From IMG/VR virus record IMGVR_UViG_3300005531_000248, positions 1-64,000 of that record: a stretch of DNA of 64,000 nt; one strand, 5' to 3'. This DNA comes from a virus. Lineage: Duplodnaviria; Heunggongvirae; Uroviricota; Caudoviricetes. The translations under genes and the position numbers were made by a program. The notes under the pieces are model-generated. The model saw only the letters and a list, made by a program, of their open reading frames with translations, was not told the DNA's origin and ran no database searches. Shown here in pieces: positions 1 through 8,998 of this stretch. Position 1 is the stretch's first letter; every line of letters starts with the position of its first letter.

Positions 1-375
1 ATGAGCGAGCTGAACCTGGCTAGCTTTCGGGATGCCTTCGGTAATTCTGGCGAGGCGCTGGTTGATTTGGCGGTGTGCGGAATTGTCAACGCCGCGCCGG
101 CAACCTTCCTTTACGATCCGGACCGGTTCGCTCCTCTGATCGTGAGGGAGGCACAGAAGCGCCTTCCCCGATATCCGAAGCCGCGGGCGGCCACGCACGA
201 CGAGTTGCTTGCGGCCGCATCTTCCGACGTTCAGGCCTTTCGCGAAATGCGGAGTGAAATCGCTGAGCATAATTTAGCGCTGGCGATCGAGCGGCTCGAG
301 CAATTGAGCCGGCGCTCAGTCCAGAGGCCGCGAGCACAACAAGAAAGCGCGTTAGCCATTGGAGCGCGTGCGTGA
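1..375 (+). CDS. hypothetical protein (window-start ORF, begins at ATG 1)
   Basis: ORF track; no recognisable motifs; followed by hairpin GGGCGGTgttttggagACCGCCC + T-rich (terminator-like) at ~485-515. Confidence 0.3.
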   Translation: MSELNLASFRDAFGNSGEALVDLAVCGIVNAAPATFLYDPDRFAPLIVREAQKRLPRYPKPRAATHDELLAAASSDVQAFREMRSEIAEHNLALAIERLEQLSRRSVQRPRAQQESALAIGARA

Positions 376-484
376 GTAAGCAAAAAGGTTTTTGCTATGC
401 CGGCTTTCCGTGCGCTCTTGAGTGCGCTGCTATGCCACTTAGAAGAGTAATGCAGGACATACCGGGTAAGTAAAAAGCTGAATG

Positions 485-520
485 GGGCGGTGTTTTGGAG
501 ACCGCCCTGTTTAGTTCAGA
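485..520 (+). terminator. rho-independent terminator-like hairpin
   Basis: GGGCGGT-gttttggag-ACCGCCC followed by tgtttagtt. Confidence 0.4.
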
Positions 521-616
521 AGCCATTGAAGCATTGAGATTTTCGCGCTGCACTGGAGTAGCAGCGCGTCGGGAACCACGTCGTTGATTGGAGTGTCCGT
601 TCGATGAGTTTTTGCG

Positions 617-1912
617 ATGACTTTTGGAAGCTTATTTTCGGGGATCGGCGGCATCGACTTGGGGTTGGAGCGCGCAGGTCACCAATGCAGATGGCAGGTG
701 GAGATCGATGAATTCTGCCGCAAGGTCCTTCGGAAGCACTGGCCGGAAGTGCCGCGCTTTCGAGACATCACAAAAATCGAAGGGCGGGAGCTTGAACGGG
801 TCGATCTCATCTGCGGCGGATTCCCCTCTCAGGACCTCTCGCAAGCCGGAAAACGCGCAGGCATCGAAGGATCTCGCTCGGGCCTTTGGTTTGAGTTCGC
901 CCGCATTGTTGGGATTCTTCGACCCCGATACGTTCTTATTGAAAACGTCCCAGGTTTGCTTGATTACCGGGCAATGCCAAGAGTTGTCGGAGAACTGGCC
1001 CGACTCGGGTATGTGGGATCTTGGCTCAGCTTACGAGCTTCACAGTTCGGAGCGAGCCATCTCAGAAAACGAGTCTTCATCGTGGCCCACGACACGCGCC
1101 AGCTCGGGCGGCGGGAACCGTTCGGCATACCCGGGCGCGCCGTACCGACCTGCCCTGACGCAGATCGCGCAGAATTGGCCGACGCCTCGGGGCGAGGATG
1201 GCGAGAGTTGCGGGAACCATCCGAACTCGCAGGGCGATTCGCTGACGGGAGCGACGAAGTTGTGGAGAACGCCAGATGCGGCGGGCGATGGCGGCCCACG
1301 GAACCGGCATGGATCGATAGGCGATGGCCATCAGGTGACGATAGCGGAGCAAGCGGAGCACTGGGCGACTCCGAATGCGCACGACGGGACGGGAGCGCGG
1401 GGCAAGAACTTCGAACTGACGGATTGCCACTACAAGCCGCACGATCTGGTGAGCCAGACGGACTCCTGGAAGACACCGCATGGAATGAGCAACCGGGATC
1501 ACCGGGGCAAGGTGGGCGGCTGCGGCGGCGGGGAGTTTGCGAAGCAGGCGAACCAATGGCAGACGCCAGCGACGGATTCATTCAGGAGCCGGGGCGGGGA
1601 TCGCAAGGACGAGATGGGGCTGGATCAGCAGGCCAGGATGTTTCCAACACCATCGGCGAGAGATTACCGGACGCCCAACAAGAGCAGTTATCAGGACCGA
1701 GCAATTCAAAGAAGGGCGAACAGTTGAACAATTTTGTGGAGCATTCGCTCCCGGCCCCAATGACCCAAGATGGCCCGATATTATCCGAGTCCGATCTGAC
1801 CTCGCTCCGGCGCTTGAGCTTGGAGAACGCCGCAAACCGTCCGAAGCGCCGGCTCAACCCGAGATTTGTGGAATGGCTGATGGGCTTCCCGATTGGATGG
1901 ACCGAGCTATGA
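617..1912 (+). CDS. DNA cytosine-5 methyltransferase homolog with catalytic Cys replaced by Ser (PSQ instead of PCQ)
   Basis: Motif I FSGIGG; motif IV reads GGFPSQDLSQAGKR (expected GFPCQ); motif VI ENVPGLL; motif VIII-like QFGASHLRKRVFIVAH; C-terminal RFVEWLMGFPIGWT typical of phage Dcm-like MTases; long low-complexity insert in variable region. Confidence 0.75.
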   Translation: MTFGSLFSGIGGIDLGLERAGHQCRWQVEIDEFCRKVLRKHWPEVPRFRDITKIEGRELERVDLICGGFPSQDLSQAGKRAGIEGSRSGLWFEFARIVGILRPRYVLIENVPGLLDYRAMPRVVGELARLGYVGSWLSLRASQFGASHLRKRVFIVAHDTRQLGRREPFGIPGRAVPTCPDADRAELADASGRGWRELREPSELAGRFADGSDEVVENARCGGRWRPTEPAWIDRRWPSGDDSGASGALGDSECARRDGSAGQELRTDGLPLQAARSGEPDGLLEDTAWNEQPGSPGQGGRLRRRGVCEAGEPMADASDGFIQEPGRGSQGRDGAGSAGQDVSNTIGERLPDAQQEQLSGPSNSKKGEQLNNFVEHSLPAPMTQDGPILSESDLTSLRRLSLENAANRPKRRLNPRFVEWLMGFPIGWTEL

Positions 1913-2075
1913 GCAACCGGACTAAGCGGCTGTCGAGATTGGGAAATGCCGTTGTGCCGCAAGTAGCCGAATACATCGGACGAATGCTGATGCTCGTGGA
2001 CTCGGCGGGCGAAGACGCAAATCTTCCCCGTGCTGCAACTCCAGTGCAGCACGAAACAACGGAAAGGTCTTCAGT

Positions 2076-2258
2076 ATGAACTGGATCTTTGGAATATTAC
2101 TTTCCTGTGGTTCGTTGGGAGTGTTGATGTGGGCTTGGAGGAAACATGTGAACCGTGACTACTACTCTAAGCCTAAGAGAACCACACAACGATTGAGAGA
2201 AGTTATTGGGGCTGAAGCTTTAGAACCTGTGAATCATGCACGTATTGTTGAGAAATGA
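2076..2258 (+). CDS. small membrane protein, low-GC islet
   Basis: N-terminal TM helix (WIFGILLSCGSLGVLMWAW), basic tail; locally AT-rich codon usage unlike neighbours. Confidence 0.35.
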   Translation: MNWIFGILLSCGSLGVLMWAWRKHVNRDYYSKPKRTTQRLREVIGAEALEPVNHARIVEK

Positions 2259-2269
2259 ATGAGCATCTG

Positions 2270-2340
2270 GGTGATTTTATGTTGACGCTCTTCTCGGCGG
2301 TCTCGACGGTCAGACATGAGCCGCGTTCGCGCTCTGAAAG
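2270..2340 (-). repeat. RE-1 dispersed element, inverted orientation
   Basis: reverse complement reads cagagcgcgaacgcgg...ccgtcgagaccgccgagaagagcgtcaacataaaa. Confidence 0.7.
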
Positions 2341-2346
2341 GACTCT

Positions 2347-2958
2347 ATGAATATTTCAATTGGCAATATCCGCCTCTCCGGTGGTTCGCATCCGACCCGG
2401 GAACAAGGAACCTGCTTTATGGAGGCCGTGGCCTGGATCGCAAACGAGACGCACTCGGACCATCCAGAGTGTGTCTGTCCTGTATTCGGGGCGTTCATCC
2501 GGCGATTCCAGGACGACATTCCCGATAAAGAACGCCAGAAGCTGAAGCCTTATCTTGTGATGGCAATTGGAACGGCCGAAGACGGATTCGGAGAGCGCAG
2601 AGCGTGGATGTGCCTCGATTGGTACGTCCGCACCGTGCTGCCGATCTATCTCGAGTGCTTCGGTCACGTAAAGGAGGCGACCAATCTTAGATTGGTCGGA
2701 GAAATTTGTAGCGCCGAGACTTGGTCTGCGGCGAAGCCGAGTATTAGTCGTACCCTCGCCGGCCTCGCCGCCGCCCTCGACCTCGCCGCCCTCGCCGACC
2801 GCGCCACCCGGGCCGCACAACAAATCACGGAATCGGGATTTGCGCTGGTGGATCGAATGCTGCTGATCCAGTTGGAAAAACCCTCAGAGCGCGAACGCGA
2901 ACTGGCGCAACCTGTCGAGAAAGCCGAGGAGAGCGTTGACCACAAAGTAGGAGTCTAA
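2347..2958 (+). CDS. hypothetical protein; C-terminus runs into RE-1 copy
   Basis: ORF track; ATGA-type overlap with upstream leader ORF inside inverted RE-1; ends ...RERELAQPVEKAEESVDHKVGV. Confidence 0.5.
   Translation: MNISIGNIRLSGGSHPTREQGTCFMEAVAWIANETHSDHPECVCPVFGAFIRRFQDDIPDKERQKLKPYLVMAIGTAEDGFGERRAWMCLDWYVRTVLPIYLECFGHVKEATNLRLVGEICSAETWSAAKPSISRTLAGLAAALDLAALADRATRAAQQITESGFALVDRMLLIQLEKPSERERELAQPVEKAEESVDHKVGV
2885..2945 (+). repeat. RE-1 dispersed element (forward, subfamily A)
   Basis: cagagcgcgaacgcgaactggcgcaacctgtcgagaaagccgaggagagcgttgacc. Confidence 0.7.
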
Positions 2959-3127
2959 GAAAGCTCAAAAGCCCCAAAGAACCTTTATTGCGGAAAGTTC
3001 CCAGGGGCTTCGAGAAAGGAAATTGCTTTGCCTGAACCAAGAATACAACAAGTTGAAGAAGTAGAACAATACTCATCTTCCTTTACGTCGTCCTGCGGAT
3101 TGTAGATCAGTACTGAAGATGGGAATG

Positions 3128-3193
3128 ATTTTATGTCAACGCTTTCCTCAGCTATCTCGAAGGTCAGACATGAGCCGCGTGCGCGCTCTGAAG
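3128..3193 (-). repeat. RE-1 dispersed element, inverted orientation
   Basis: reverse complement: cccttcagagcgcgcacgcggctcatgtctgaccttcgagatagctgaggaaagcgttgacataaaa. Confidence 0.7.
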
Positions 3194-3411
3194 GGTCAGA
3201 GAGAGTTCGTCACCGTTTTGATCCTTGTGTAGCCGAGCCGAGTGAAACAATTCCGGACGAATGCGGCAGATACAAACTGAAATACGGCGACTACGCCCGC
3301 CACATTGAGACCTGTCCGAAGCCGTCATGTCGCGAGGTATATCAGAATCATCTGGACGTGCTACGGGCTTTCGGTATTCCGAGGAAGGACGCCGCAGCCA
3401 AGCGGTCCTAA
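3133..3411 (+). CDS. hypothetical Cys-containing protein whose 5' end lies inside inverted RE-1
   Basis: ORF track; C...C...C pattern (CVAEP..CGRY..CPKPSC). Confidence 0.3.
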   Translation: MSTLSSAISKVRHEPRARSEGSERVRHRFDPCVAEPSETIPDECGRYKLKYGDYARHIETCPKPSCREVYQNHLDVLRAFGIPRKDAAAKRS

Positions 3412-3540
3412 AAAGTTGAGGGCGCCGGAACCGGCGGAAACGGTCCAGGCGCCCAGGATGGAAAAACACTTAGTCATGGACAGAATACAGGAAAACGGTT
3501 CCCGAAAAAATGTCTCGATGCAGATCGAGGAGGCATCGCG

Positions 3541-3936
3541 ATGAATACTGACCCCTGGTATTCACGGCGCCGGAGTTACCTCAAGAAGGCGGGGCGTATC
3601 GAAGTCGGCAACGAGCCCGATCCCGCTCCGGACTGGATACACCGCATGCCCGAGCGAATCCGGGAAATTGTCGTTCGCGCCGCCAGCGAGTACGGCGTCT
3701 CGATCCGTATGGTGCTTTCTGGAATGCATGAAAGGCCCATCGTGTTGGCGCGGCGGCTGGCCATTCATCGCATCCGAAAATTAGCCGTCTCGACGCCGCA
3801 AATAGGGCGCTGGCTCGGTATGCATCATTCGAGCATCGTCTATCACTTGCAGAAGCCCTGCCCTCGCGGTCGGCGATTGCCAGAAGACTACGAATTAGGC
3901 GACGGCCCGGATGAAAGTGGGATATGGGCGATATGA
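3541..3936 (+). CDS. DnaA domain-IV-like helix-turn-helix DNA-binding protein
   Basis: ERPIVLARRLAIHRIRKLAVSTPQIGRWLGMHHSSIVYH resembles DnaA C-terminal DNA-binding domain (..aRq.AMyL.r.lT.~sl.eIG..fg~RDHsTV..a). Confidence 0.5.
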   Translation: MNTDPWYSRRRSYLKKAGRIEVGNEPDPAPDWIHRMPERIREIVVRAASEYGVSIRMVLSGMHERPIVLARRLAIHRIRKLAVSTPQIGRWLGMHHSSIVYHLQKPCPRGRRLPEDYELGDGPDESGIWAI

Positions 3937-3961
3937 CCAGCATGGAAGCATATCTGAATAA

Positions 3962-4351
3962 GTGCCGGACGATGGAGGATCTGTGAATCAATGCCAATTC
4001 TGCGGGCAGCCTTCAACGCTACTTTGTGACGGGCGCATCTACGAGATAGCCTCGGGATCGTTTCGGGTGCCGCCGAATTTCGTCAACGGAAAGACGCGGT
4101 CCTGTGACGCGCATATCTGCCGCGCATGCGCGAAGAAAATTGGAGACGTACATCTCAACATGGGGCGGAAAGGCTGCCGTTGGGATACGCGCGATCTCTG
4201 CCCGGAATGTCAGAAGGTCCAGGATAAGCCGATACGCATTTCGTCCAATCTTCCGAGTGCGAACGATGCAACCCCTCAGCCCCAGAGCGCGAACGCGGAA
4301 AAGGCGCAGGCGACGAACGATCGCTCTCGAAGAGCGTCAACAACAAAATGA
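3962..4351 (+). CDS. Cys-rich zinc-binding-like protein; C-terminus in RE-1
   Basis: CQFCGQ...LLCDG...CDAHICRACAKK...CPECQK; ends PQPQSANAEKAQ... (RE-1 frame). Confidence 0.45.
   Translation: MPDDGGSVNQCQFCGQPSTLLCDGRIYEIASGSFRVPPNFVNGKTRSCDAHICRACAKKIGDVHLNMGRKGCRWDTRDLCPECQKVQDKPIRISSNLPSANDATPQPQSANAEKAQATNDRSRRASTTK
4272..4340 (+). repeat. RE-1 dispersed element (forward, subfamily B)
   Basis: cagagcgcgaacgcggaaaaggcgcaggcgacgaacgatcgctctcgaagagcgtcaacaacaaaATG. Confidence 0.65.
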
Positions 4352-4632
4352 CACCAAGCTTGCACGACTTAACCATCGGTGGAAGACAACGAAAGTTATC
4401 AGGACTGATTCGTGAACTTCAATTTCTAATTGAAGGCACTCCTGATGGTGGAGAAAAAGACTCTTTAGTAGAAGCAAATGAATGCTTAGCAGAAGCATTG
4501 AGCTTAATGGAATCAGCAAGAGAATTAGCTGGATCACTGACAACATCAGAACCATTGTCTTTCCCGCGCCAATCTGAGGTATTGGCGCAGACTGATTCGG
4601 CGTCTTCGTTGGGAGCTCCGTTCGATGAGTGA
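4348..4632 (+). CDS. hypothetical acidic protein, low-GC islet
   Basis: ORF track; start ATG immediately after RE-1 A-rich tail; 4380-4560 markedly AT-richer than surroundings. Confidence 0.35.
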   Translation: MTPSLHDLTIGGRQRKLSGLIRELQFLIEGTPDGGEKDSLVEANECLAEALSLMESARELAGSLTTSEPLSFPRQSEVLAQTDSASSLGAPFDE

Positions 4633-4963
4633 AACGAGCCAGATCCGCTCCGTCATGCGCACGGCTCCGAGTTTTGAAATAAGCGCTGAAGCAAGACTTA
4701 CGTGGTCGAACGGATCTTGCGGAAACCCCGGCTGTACCGATCCTGAGTGTTGTTGTTCGCTCTGCGGTAAGCCCATCGGCGTATCGGAAGACGATCCGCG
4801 CTGGGATCGACACGACGAGTATTGCGACGACTGCGATCTGTGCCGCGACCAGGTTCCTGTGATGCTGTTTCGGGGTGAAGGCAAAGCCATGCAGCAAGCC
4901 CAATTCCATATCAAATGCTTTGAGAAGATCGTTCGCATTAAACCCGGAGAGGTGATTCACTGA
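4625..4963 (+). CDS. Cys-rich hypothetical protein
   Basis: SCGNPGCTDPECCCSLCGKP...YCDDCDLCRD; ATGA overlap with next gene. Confidence 0.4.
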   Translation: MSETSQIRSVMRTAPSFEISAEARLTWSNGSCGNPGCTDPECCCSLCGKPIGVSEDDPRWDRHDEYCDDCDLCRDQVPVMLFRGEGKAMQQAQFHIKCFEKIVRIKPGEVIH

Positions 4964-5325
4964 TGGCCCGAAAAGCTACGACTAGCCTAACGATCTTCGA
5001 ACCGAACCAAAAGGAAAACTCGCAACCAAAGTTGAAGAGTTGGGCGCTGGTCGAGTTGTTCGGCCATCAAAGGATCGTAGGATATGTCTCGGAGCAGACC
5101 TTTGGGACGGGTGTCTTATTCCGTGTCGATGTGCCGGATCTGCTGAAGGACGGAAAGACGGTGCGGTCCGGTTTCACCCGCTATTTCGGGCTGAGCGCGA
5201 TCTACAGCATCACGCCGGTTGACGAAGCCACCGTGCGAGAACTACTGCCTTCCATCGACGGGACGCCGGCGGCACGACCGCTCTCACTCGGAAGCTATGG
5301 CGGCTACGAAAGAAGCGACTACTGA
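4963..5325 (+). CDS. hypothetical protein
   Basis: ORF track; start overlaps stop of previous (TGATGG). Confidence 0.45.
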   Translation: MARKATTSLTIFEPNQKENSQPKLKSWALVELFGHQRIVGYVSEQTFGTGVLFRVDVPDLLKDGKTVRSGFTRYFGLSAIYSITPVDEATVRELLPSIDGTPAARPLSLGSYGGYERSDY

Positions 5326-5406
5326 TGACGCACGCTCAACGACGCAGTTCCGAACGCGCTGAAACCTCAGTTCAGCGCGAGGCCACGGAAAGGACTGATG
5401 GGTAAA

Positions 5407-5577
5407 TGGACTGGTTTCTATTAGGATTCTTAGCTGGTATTGGTCTCATCTGGGGAATTCAAGGACTGAAGTACTTGGGCAAGCACAAAGAAGTACCTGA
5501 GATCTTTTCTCAACAACGTGATCTTGAACTGGATGAATTACGAAGGATGGCTGGATTAACAACGGAGAAGAAATGAT
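5407..5577 (+). CDS. small membrane protein (56 aa), low-GC islet
   Basis: MDWFLLGFLAGIGLIWGIQGL... by-eye translation; AT-rich like 2076..2258 and with a similar small-TM N-terminus. Confidence 0.3.
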
Positions 5578-5607
5578 GATTGAACTGTTTGGGCTGTGTT
5601 CTGTTTC

Positions 5608-5630
5608 GTGCCGCACTGGAGTAGCGGCAC
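5608..5630 (+). promoter_or_regulatory. HP-C leader hairpin (conserved loop ACUGGAGUA)
   Basis: GTGCCGC-actggagta-GCGGCAC, ~38 nt upstream of ATG 5668. Confidence 0.5.
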
Positions 5631-5667
5631 GGAGAAAGATGTCGTCGCTCGCTTGGGAGGTCGGTTC

Positions 5668-6045
5668 ATGAGCCAACACACGCCGGGGCCGTGGAGAGCG
5701 GAAAAGGTAGAGATGCCGCAGACGTGGGACTACTGGGAAATAAGCAGCGACTCTGAAATAGTTGCTGAAATAGACAACACTGACCGAACCACCGAGGTGC
5801 AAGAGGCCGACGCGCGGCTGGTCGCCGCTGCGCCAGAATTGCTTTCATCGCTGCGCGTAATCTTCGACCTTTCGAGGAACGGTTCATCCAACGTCGTAGA
5901 TGTGGACAAGCGCCTGCTCTCCATTGCTTCGGAGTGCCGACAAGCCATCACCAAGGCCGAGGGAGCCATTCAGAGCGCGAACGAGCAACTGGCGCAACCC
6001 GTCGAGACCGTTGAGGGGAGCGTTGCCATAAAAACAGATCCTTGA
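5668..6045 (+). CDS. hypothetical protein; C-terminus in RE-1
   Basis: ORF track 5596..6045; likely start ATGAGC at 5668 downstream of leader hairpin; ends QSANEQLAQPVETVEGSVAIKTDP. Confidence 0.45.
   Translation: MSQHTPGPWRAEKVEMPQTWDYWEISSDSEIVAEIDNTDRTTEVQEADARLVAAAPELLSSLRVIFDLSRNGSSNVVDVDKRLLSIASECRQAITKAEGAIQSANEQLAQPVETVEGSVAIKTDP
5971..6033 (+). repeat. RE-1 dispersed element (forward, subfamily A, consensus copy)
   Basis: cagagcgcgaacgagcaactggcgcaacccgtcgagaccgttgaggggagcgttgccataaaaa. Confidence 0.8.
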
Positions 6046-6374
6046 GATTACGAGTTTTGCTCAAATAACTGAGCAGAAGCTGAGCCGGGCAGCAACCCCG
6101 GTATATAGTTTTCACCGACAAGGGACTATCAAATGCCTGCTTTGAAACGAGGATTCGGAGCCTTCTCCTTAATGCGCCAAATTGCGGTGGATCTTCGGAT
6201 CTTCGTTTCAGCGGGGTCAGAAAGGAGAGCGCGCAGTTTAGATCAGCAGAGCACATGGGGGAACGTTCTATTCAACGTTACGGAACAGACAAGCAGCGAA
6301 AACTTGTCTGGATTACCAAGAGTAGGACGTCTTCCCTTAGTAATGAAAAAGAATTTAGGCCTTTGCGTCGTTTC

Positions 6375-6397
6375 GCACTGCACTGGAGTTGCAGTGC
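6375..6397 (+). promoter_or_regulatory. HP-C leader hairpin
   Basis: GCACTGC-actggagtt-GCAGTGC; stem differs from other copies with compensating changes. Confidence 0.5.
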
Positions 6398-6419
6398 GTA
6401 GAAGCAGCGCGGCTTCGAC

Positions 6420-6737
6420 TTGGGCGGTCCGGTCATGAGTCTCCGACAAGGCCCGAACGATTTGCTTAAGGCTCTTACGAGTGCGCAGACGGTGTTGCTG
6501 ATGATAGCGAATTGTCATCGCTGCGATCATTGTAGAAGGCGGGCGCTGGATTGTTTAGGGTACCAAGTGAATCCGGTGCTTGATCAAAAGCCGAACTTCG
6601 TAACCCCTAAGAAGCGCAAGTACAAACGCCGGGCACGGAGCGCCGCAAAGGAAACCATTCAGAGCGCGAACGAGCAAATCTCGCAACCCGTCGAGACCGT
6701 TGAGGGGAGCGTTGCCAACCAAAGGACCCCAAAGTGA
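6420..6737 (+). CDS. hypothetical protein; C-terminus in RE-1
   Basis: ORF track (alternative start ATGAGT at 6435); ends QSANEQISQPVETVEGSVANQRTPK. Confidence 0.4.
   Translation: MGGPVMSLRQGPNDLLKALTSAQTVLLMIANCHRCDHCRRRALDCLGYQVNPVLDQKPNFVTPKKRKYKRRARSAAKETIQSANEQISQPVETVEGSVANQRTPK
6660..6724 (+). repeat. RE-1 dispersed element (forward, subfamily A)
   Basis: near-identical to copy at 5971. Confidence 0.8.
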
Positions 6738-6982
6738 TTGGAGAAATCGACTGGACTGATGTCAAAACCAAAGGACCAGATTCTCTAGAACAGCTTTATC
6801 CTACTGGAACTCCCATGAAAGAAGTACACCCGGAATTTCGAGGCATGAGCCTTCCGTTATGGCAGAAGTTGAAAATGCACGAGCGGGTCGAGAAGTATCT
6901 GAAGACGTCGAAGCCCGAAACGCCGGCTGCCATTTCCGATTGGCCGGGCCGCGAGCGAAGGATGAAGGCAAAGAGCGCATGA
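6734..6982 (+). CDS. hypothetical protein
   Basis: ORF track; GTG start right after RE-1; ATGA overlap with next gene. Confidence 0.35.
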   Translation: MIGEIDWTDVKTKGPDSLEQLYPTGTPMKEVHPEFRGMSLPLWQKLKMHERVEKYLKTSKPETPAAISDWPGRERRMKAKSA

Positions 6983-8781
6983 GCGCCGCACCCATGCCAG
7001 CAAAAGCTCTCCATCTCGGGCATGATTTCGACCTGCCGGTAGACGCGGTAACGCAGAAGTTCGCCTTTCTCGGCCGTACCGGTTCAGGCAAAACCTACGC
7101 TGCTACCAAACTGGCGGAAGAGATGTTCTCGGCGGGCGCGCAAATCATCGCGCTCGACCCGGTGGGCGTCTGGTATGGACTGAGGCTTTCAAAAAACGGC
7201 AAGGACAAAGGCCTGGAGATCCCGGTGTTCGGCGGATTGCATGGCGACATACCCCTGGAGCCGGGTGCGGGAGCGCTCATCGCGGACCTGCTCATAGATC
7301 GGACTATTTCGGCAATCGTGGATGTCAGCCAAATGATCCAGGCCGAACAGCAGAGATTCGCCTACGCATTTGCGACCCGGCTGTTTGAACGGCGCAAACG
7401 CACTCCGGGAGCCATGATGCTGTTCCTCGAAGAGTGCCAGGAATTCGTGCCGCAGAATCCGATGAAGGGCGACGAACACATGCTGCACTCCTTCAACCGG
7501 CTGTGTAAGATTGGGCGCAACTTTGGCATCGGCGTGTCGCTGCTCTCGCAAAGGCCCCAGGAGATTAACAAGAAAGTTCTGAACCTAACCGAGTGCATGT
7601 TCGCGTTTCAGATGACCGGCCCGCACGAGCGAAAAACGGTGAAGGAATGGTTTTCCTACGTCGGTGATGACGCTGGGCTGGTGGACCGGTTACCGAAATT
7701 GCGGGTGGGAAGTGCCTACGTCTCCAGCCCTCAGTGGCTTCGCTATTCCGGCGAAGTAGCCATTGCGGAGAAACGAACGTTTAACGCCTCCAGCACTCCG
7801 AAGGTTGGAGCGGCACCCGCGCAGGTGAAACCACTTGATCCAATCGACCTTGAAAAGATCCGCTCCGAGATGGCCGAGACCATCGAGCGGGCCAAGGCCG
7901 ACGATCCCAGGGAACTCCGAAAGCAGATTGCGGAGCTGAAGAAGCAGATCACGCATCCCCCGGCCAGTAATATACCGGATAAGGTATTACCCGCGGATCG
8001 GCTCCAGAAGGAGTTCGAGAAGGGCGTCCAGGCCGAGCGCCGCAGAATTCGCGAGGAACTGGTACCCCAACTTCAGGACATCACGAACTTACACGCGCGC
8101 ATTGTGCGGGCCTTCGAAGGAAATCCACTGGCCGCGATCGGAATGAGCCTGGACAAGATTAGTGAGTTGCTCAACAAGCTGGCACCCATCCCAGACCCGA
8201 ATTCCCCGCCCCCGCCTCGCACCGTCCCGCAAGCAGCGCGCGCCGTTCCCGCGCCGGCGCGCGCAGCACCCCGGAAGGAAGTCGACCCGGACTCCAAGAT
8301 CACCGGCCCCGAGCAGCGGATACTGGACGCGATCGCATGGATGGAATCCATAGGCATCGAAGCCCCCGAGCAGACTGCCGTAGCATTCCTGGCTGGTTAC
8401 ACCTACGGCGGGGGTGCGTTCAATAACCCGCGGGGCGCATTGCGCACAAAGGAACTAGTCGAATACGTCGGAGGCGACCGGATCCGCTTGACGGACGCCG
8501 GGCGCGCAATTGCAACGTTTCCAGACAGTGCTCTCACTGCCAATGAGCTTCAGATGAAAGTGCTGGAGCGCCTGCCGGGGCCCGAGCGCAAAATTCTTTC
8601 GGTGCTGATCGAGGCTTACCCGAATTCGATGTCGAACGAGGAATGCGCTTCTGCCGCTGGTTACGCGCCCAACGGGGGTGCCTACAACAATCCGCGCGGA
8701 CGTCTGCGGACGTTGGGATTGATCGACTACCCAGATCGCGGGCACGTGCGCGCCCTGCCTCTGCTGTTTCTGGAGCGCTGA
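6979..8781 (+). CDS. HerA/FtsK-like AAA ATPase (DUF87-type) with C-terminal tandem ~70-aa winged-helix-like repeats
   Basis: Walker A FLGRTGSGKT; IIALDPVGVWY; Walker B MMLFLEECQEF; GVSLLSQRPQEI; C-terminal duplicated module AGY(T/A)xxGGAxNNPRGxLRTxxL(V/I)xY. ORF track 6859..8781 trimmed to ATG 6979 (ATGA overlap). Confidence 0.65.
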   Translation: MSAAPMPAKALHLGHDFDLPVDAVTQKFAFLGRTGSGKTYAATKLAEEMFSAGAQIIALDPVGVWYGLRLSKNGKDKGLEIPVFGGLHGDIPLEPGAGALIADLLIDRTISAIVDVSQMIQAEQQRFAYAFATRLFERRKRTPGAMMLFLEECQEFVPQNPMKGDEHMLHSFNRLCKIGRNFGIGVSLLSQRPQEINKKVLNLTECMFAFQMTGPHERKTVKEWFSYVGDDAGLVDRLPKLRVGSAYVSSPQWLRYSGEVAIAEKRTFNASSTPKVGAAPAQVKPLDPIDLEKIRSEMAETIERAKADDPRELRKQIAELKKQITHPPASNIPDKVLPADRLQKEFEKGVQAERRRIREELVPQLQDITNLHARIVRAFEGNPLAAIGMSLDKISELLNKLAPIPDPNSPPPPRTVPQAARAVPAPARAAPRKEVDPDSKITGPEQRILDAIAWMESIGIEAPEQTAVAFLAGYTYGGGAFNNPRGALRTKELVEYVGGDRIRLTDAGRAIATFPDSALTANELQMKVLERLPGPERKILSVLIEAYPNSMSNEECASAAGYAPNGGAYNNPRGRLRTLGLIDYPDRGHVRALPLLFLER

Positions 8782-8782
8782 C

Positions 8783-8998
8783 ATGATCCAAGAACACCAG
8801 TGGATAGAGAGCGAACCATTTCTGTGGAGTTGTAAAAAGTGCGGTGATGGTCCGTACCACGGTATGAGACCGCTTTCCAAGTGTCCAGGAAGACCAACGT
8901 TCGGAAGGCTTCAGAGCGCGAACGCGGGAAAGTTGCAACCGACGAACGAAAGCCGTGAAGAGCGTCGAAGCATAAGTAACCAACTGCGAGTTGAGTAA
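8783..8998 (+). CDS. small zinc-ribbon protein; C-terminus in RE-1
   Basis: WSCKKCGDGPYHG...SKCPGRP; ends GRLQSANAGKLQP. Confidence 0.35.
   Translation: MIQEHQWIESEPFLWSCKKCGDGPYHGMRPLSKCPGRPTFGRLQSANAGKLQPTNESREERRSISNQLRVE
8912..8975 (+). repeat. RE-1 dispersed element (forward, subfamily B)
   Basis: cagagcgcgaacgcgggaaagttgcaaccgacgaacgaaagccgtgaagagcgtcgaagcataag. Confidence 0.6.

Noticed and set aside
624-1727. 367-aa ORF overlapping the MTase gene in another frame
   Set aside because: It is an alternative-frame artifact of high GC. The MTase frame carries the conserved motifs.
5971-6033. RE-1 as a rho-independent terminator
   Set aside because: In neither orientation is there a stable hairpin followed by a U-tract on the transcribed strand. 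The A-rich tail is on the sense strand.
5971-6033. RE-1 subfamily A as an ECF-sigma promoter (GAAC-N16/17-CGTC)
   Set aside because: The GAAC is replaced by GCAC in several copies and the spacing varies, so this is not conserved enough. I kept it only as a hypothesis for subfamily B (sigma-28-like) inside the main RE-1 finding.
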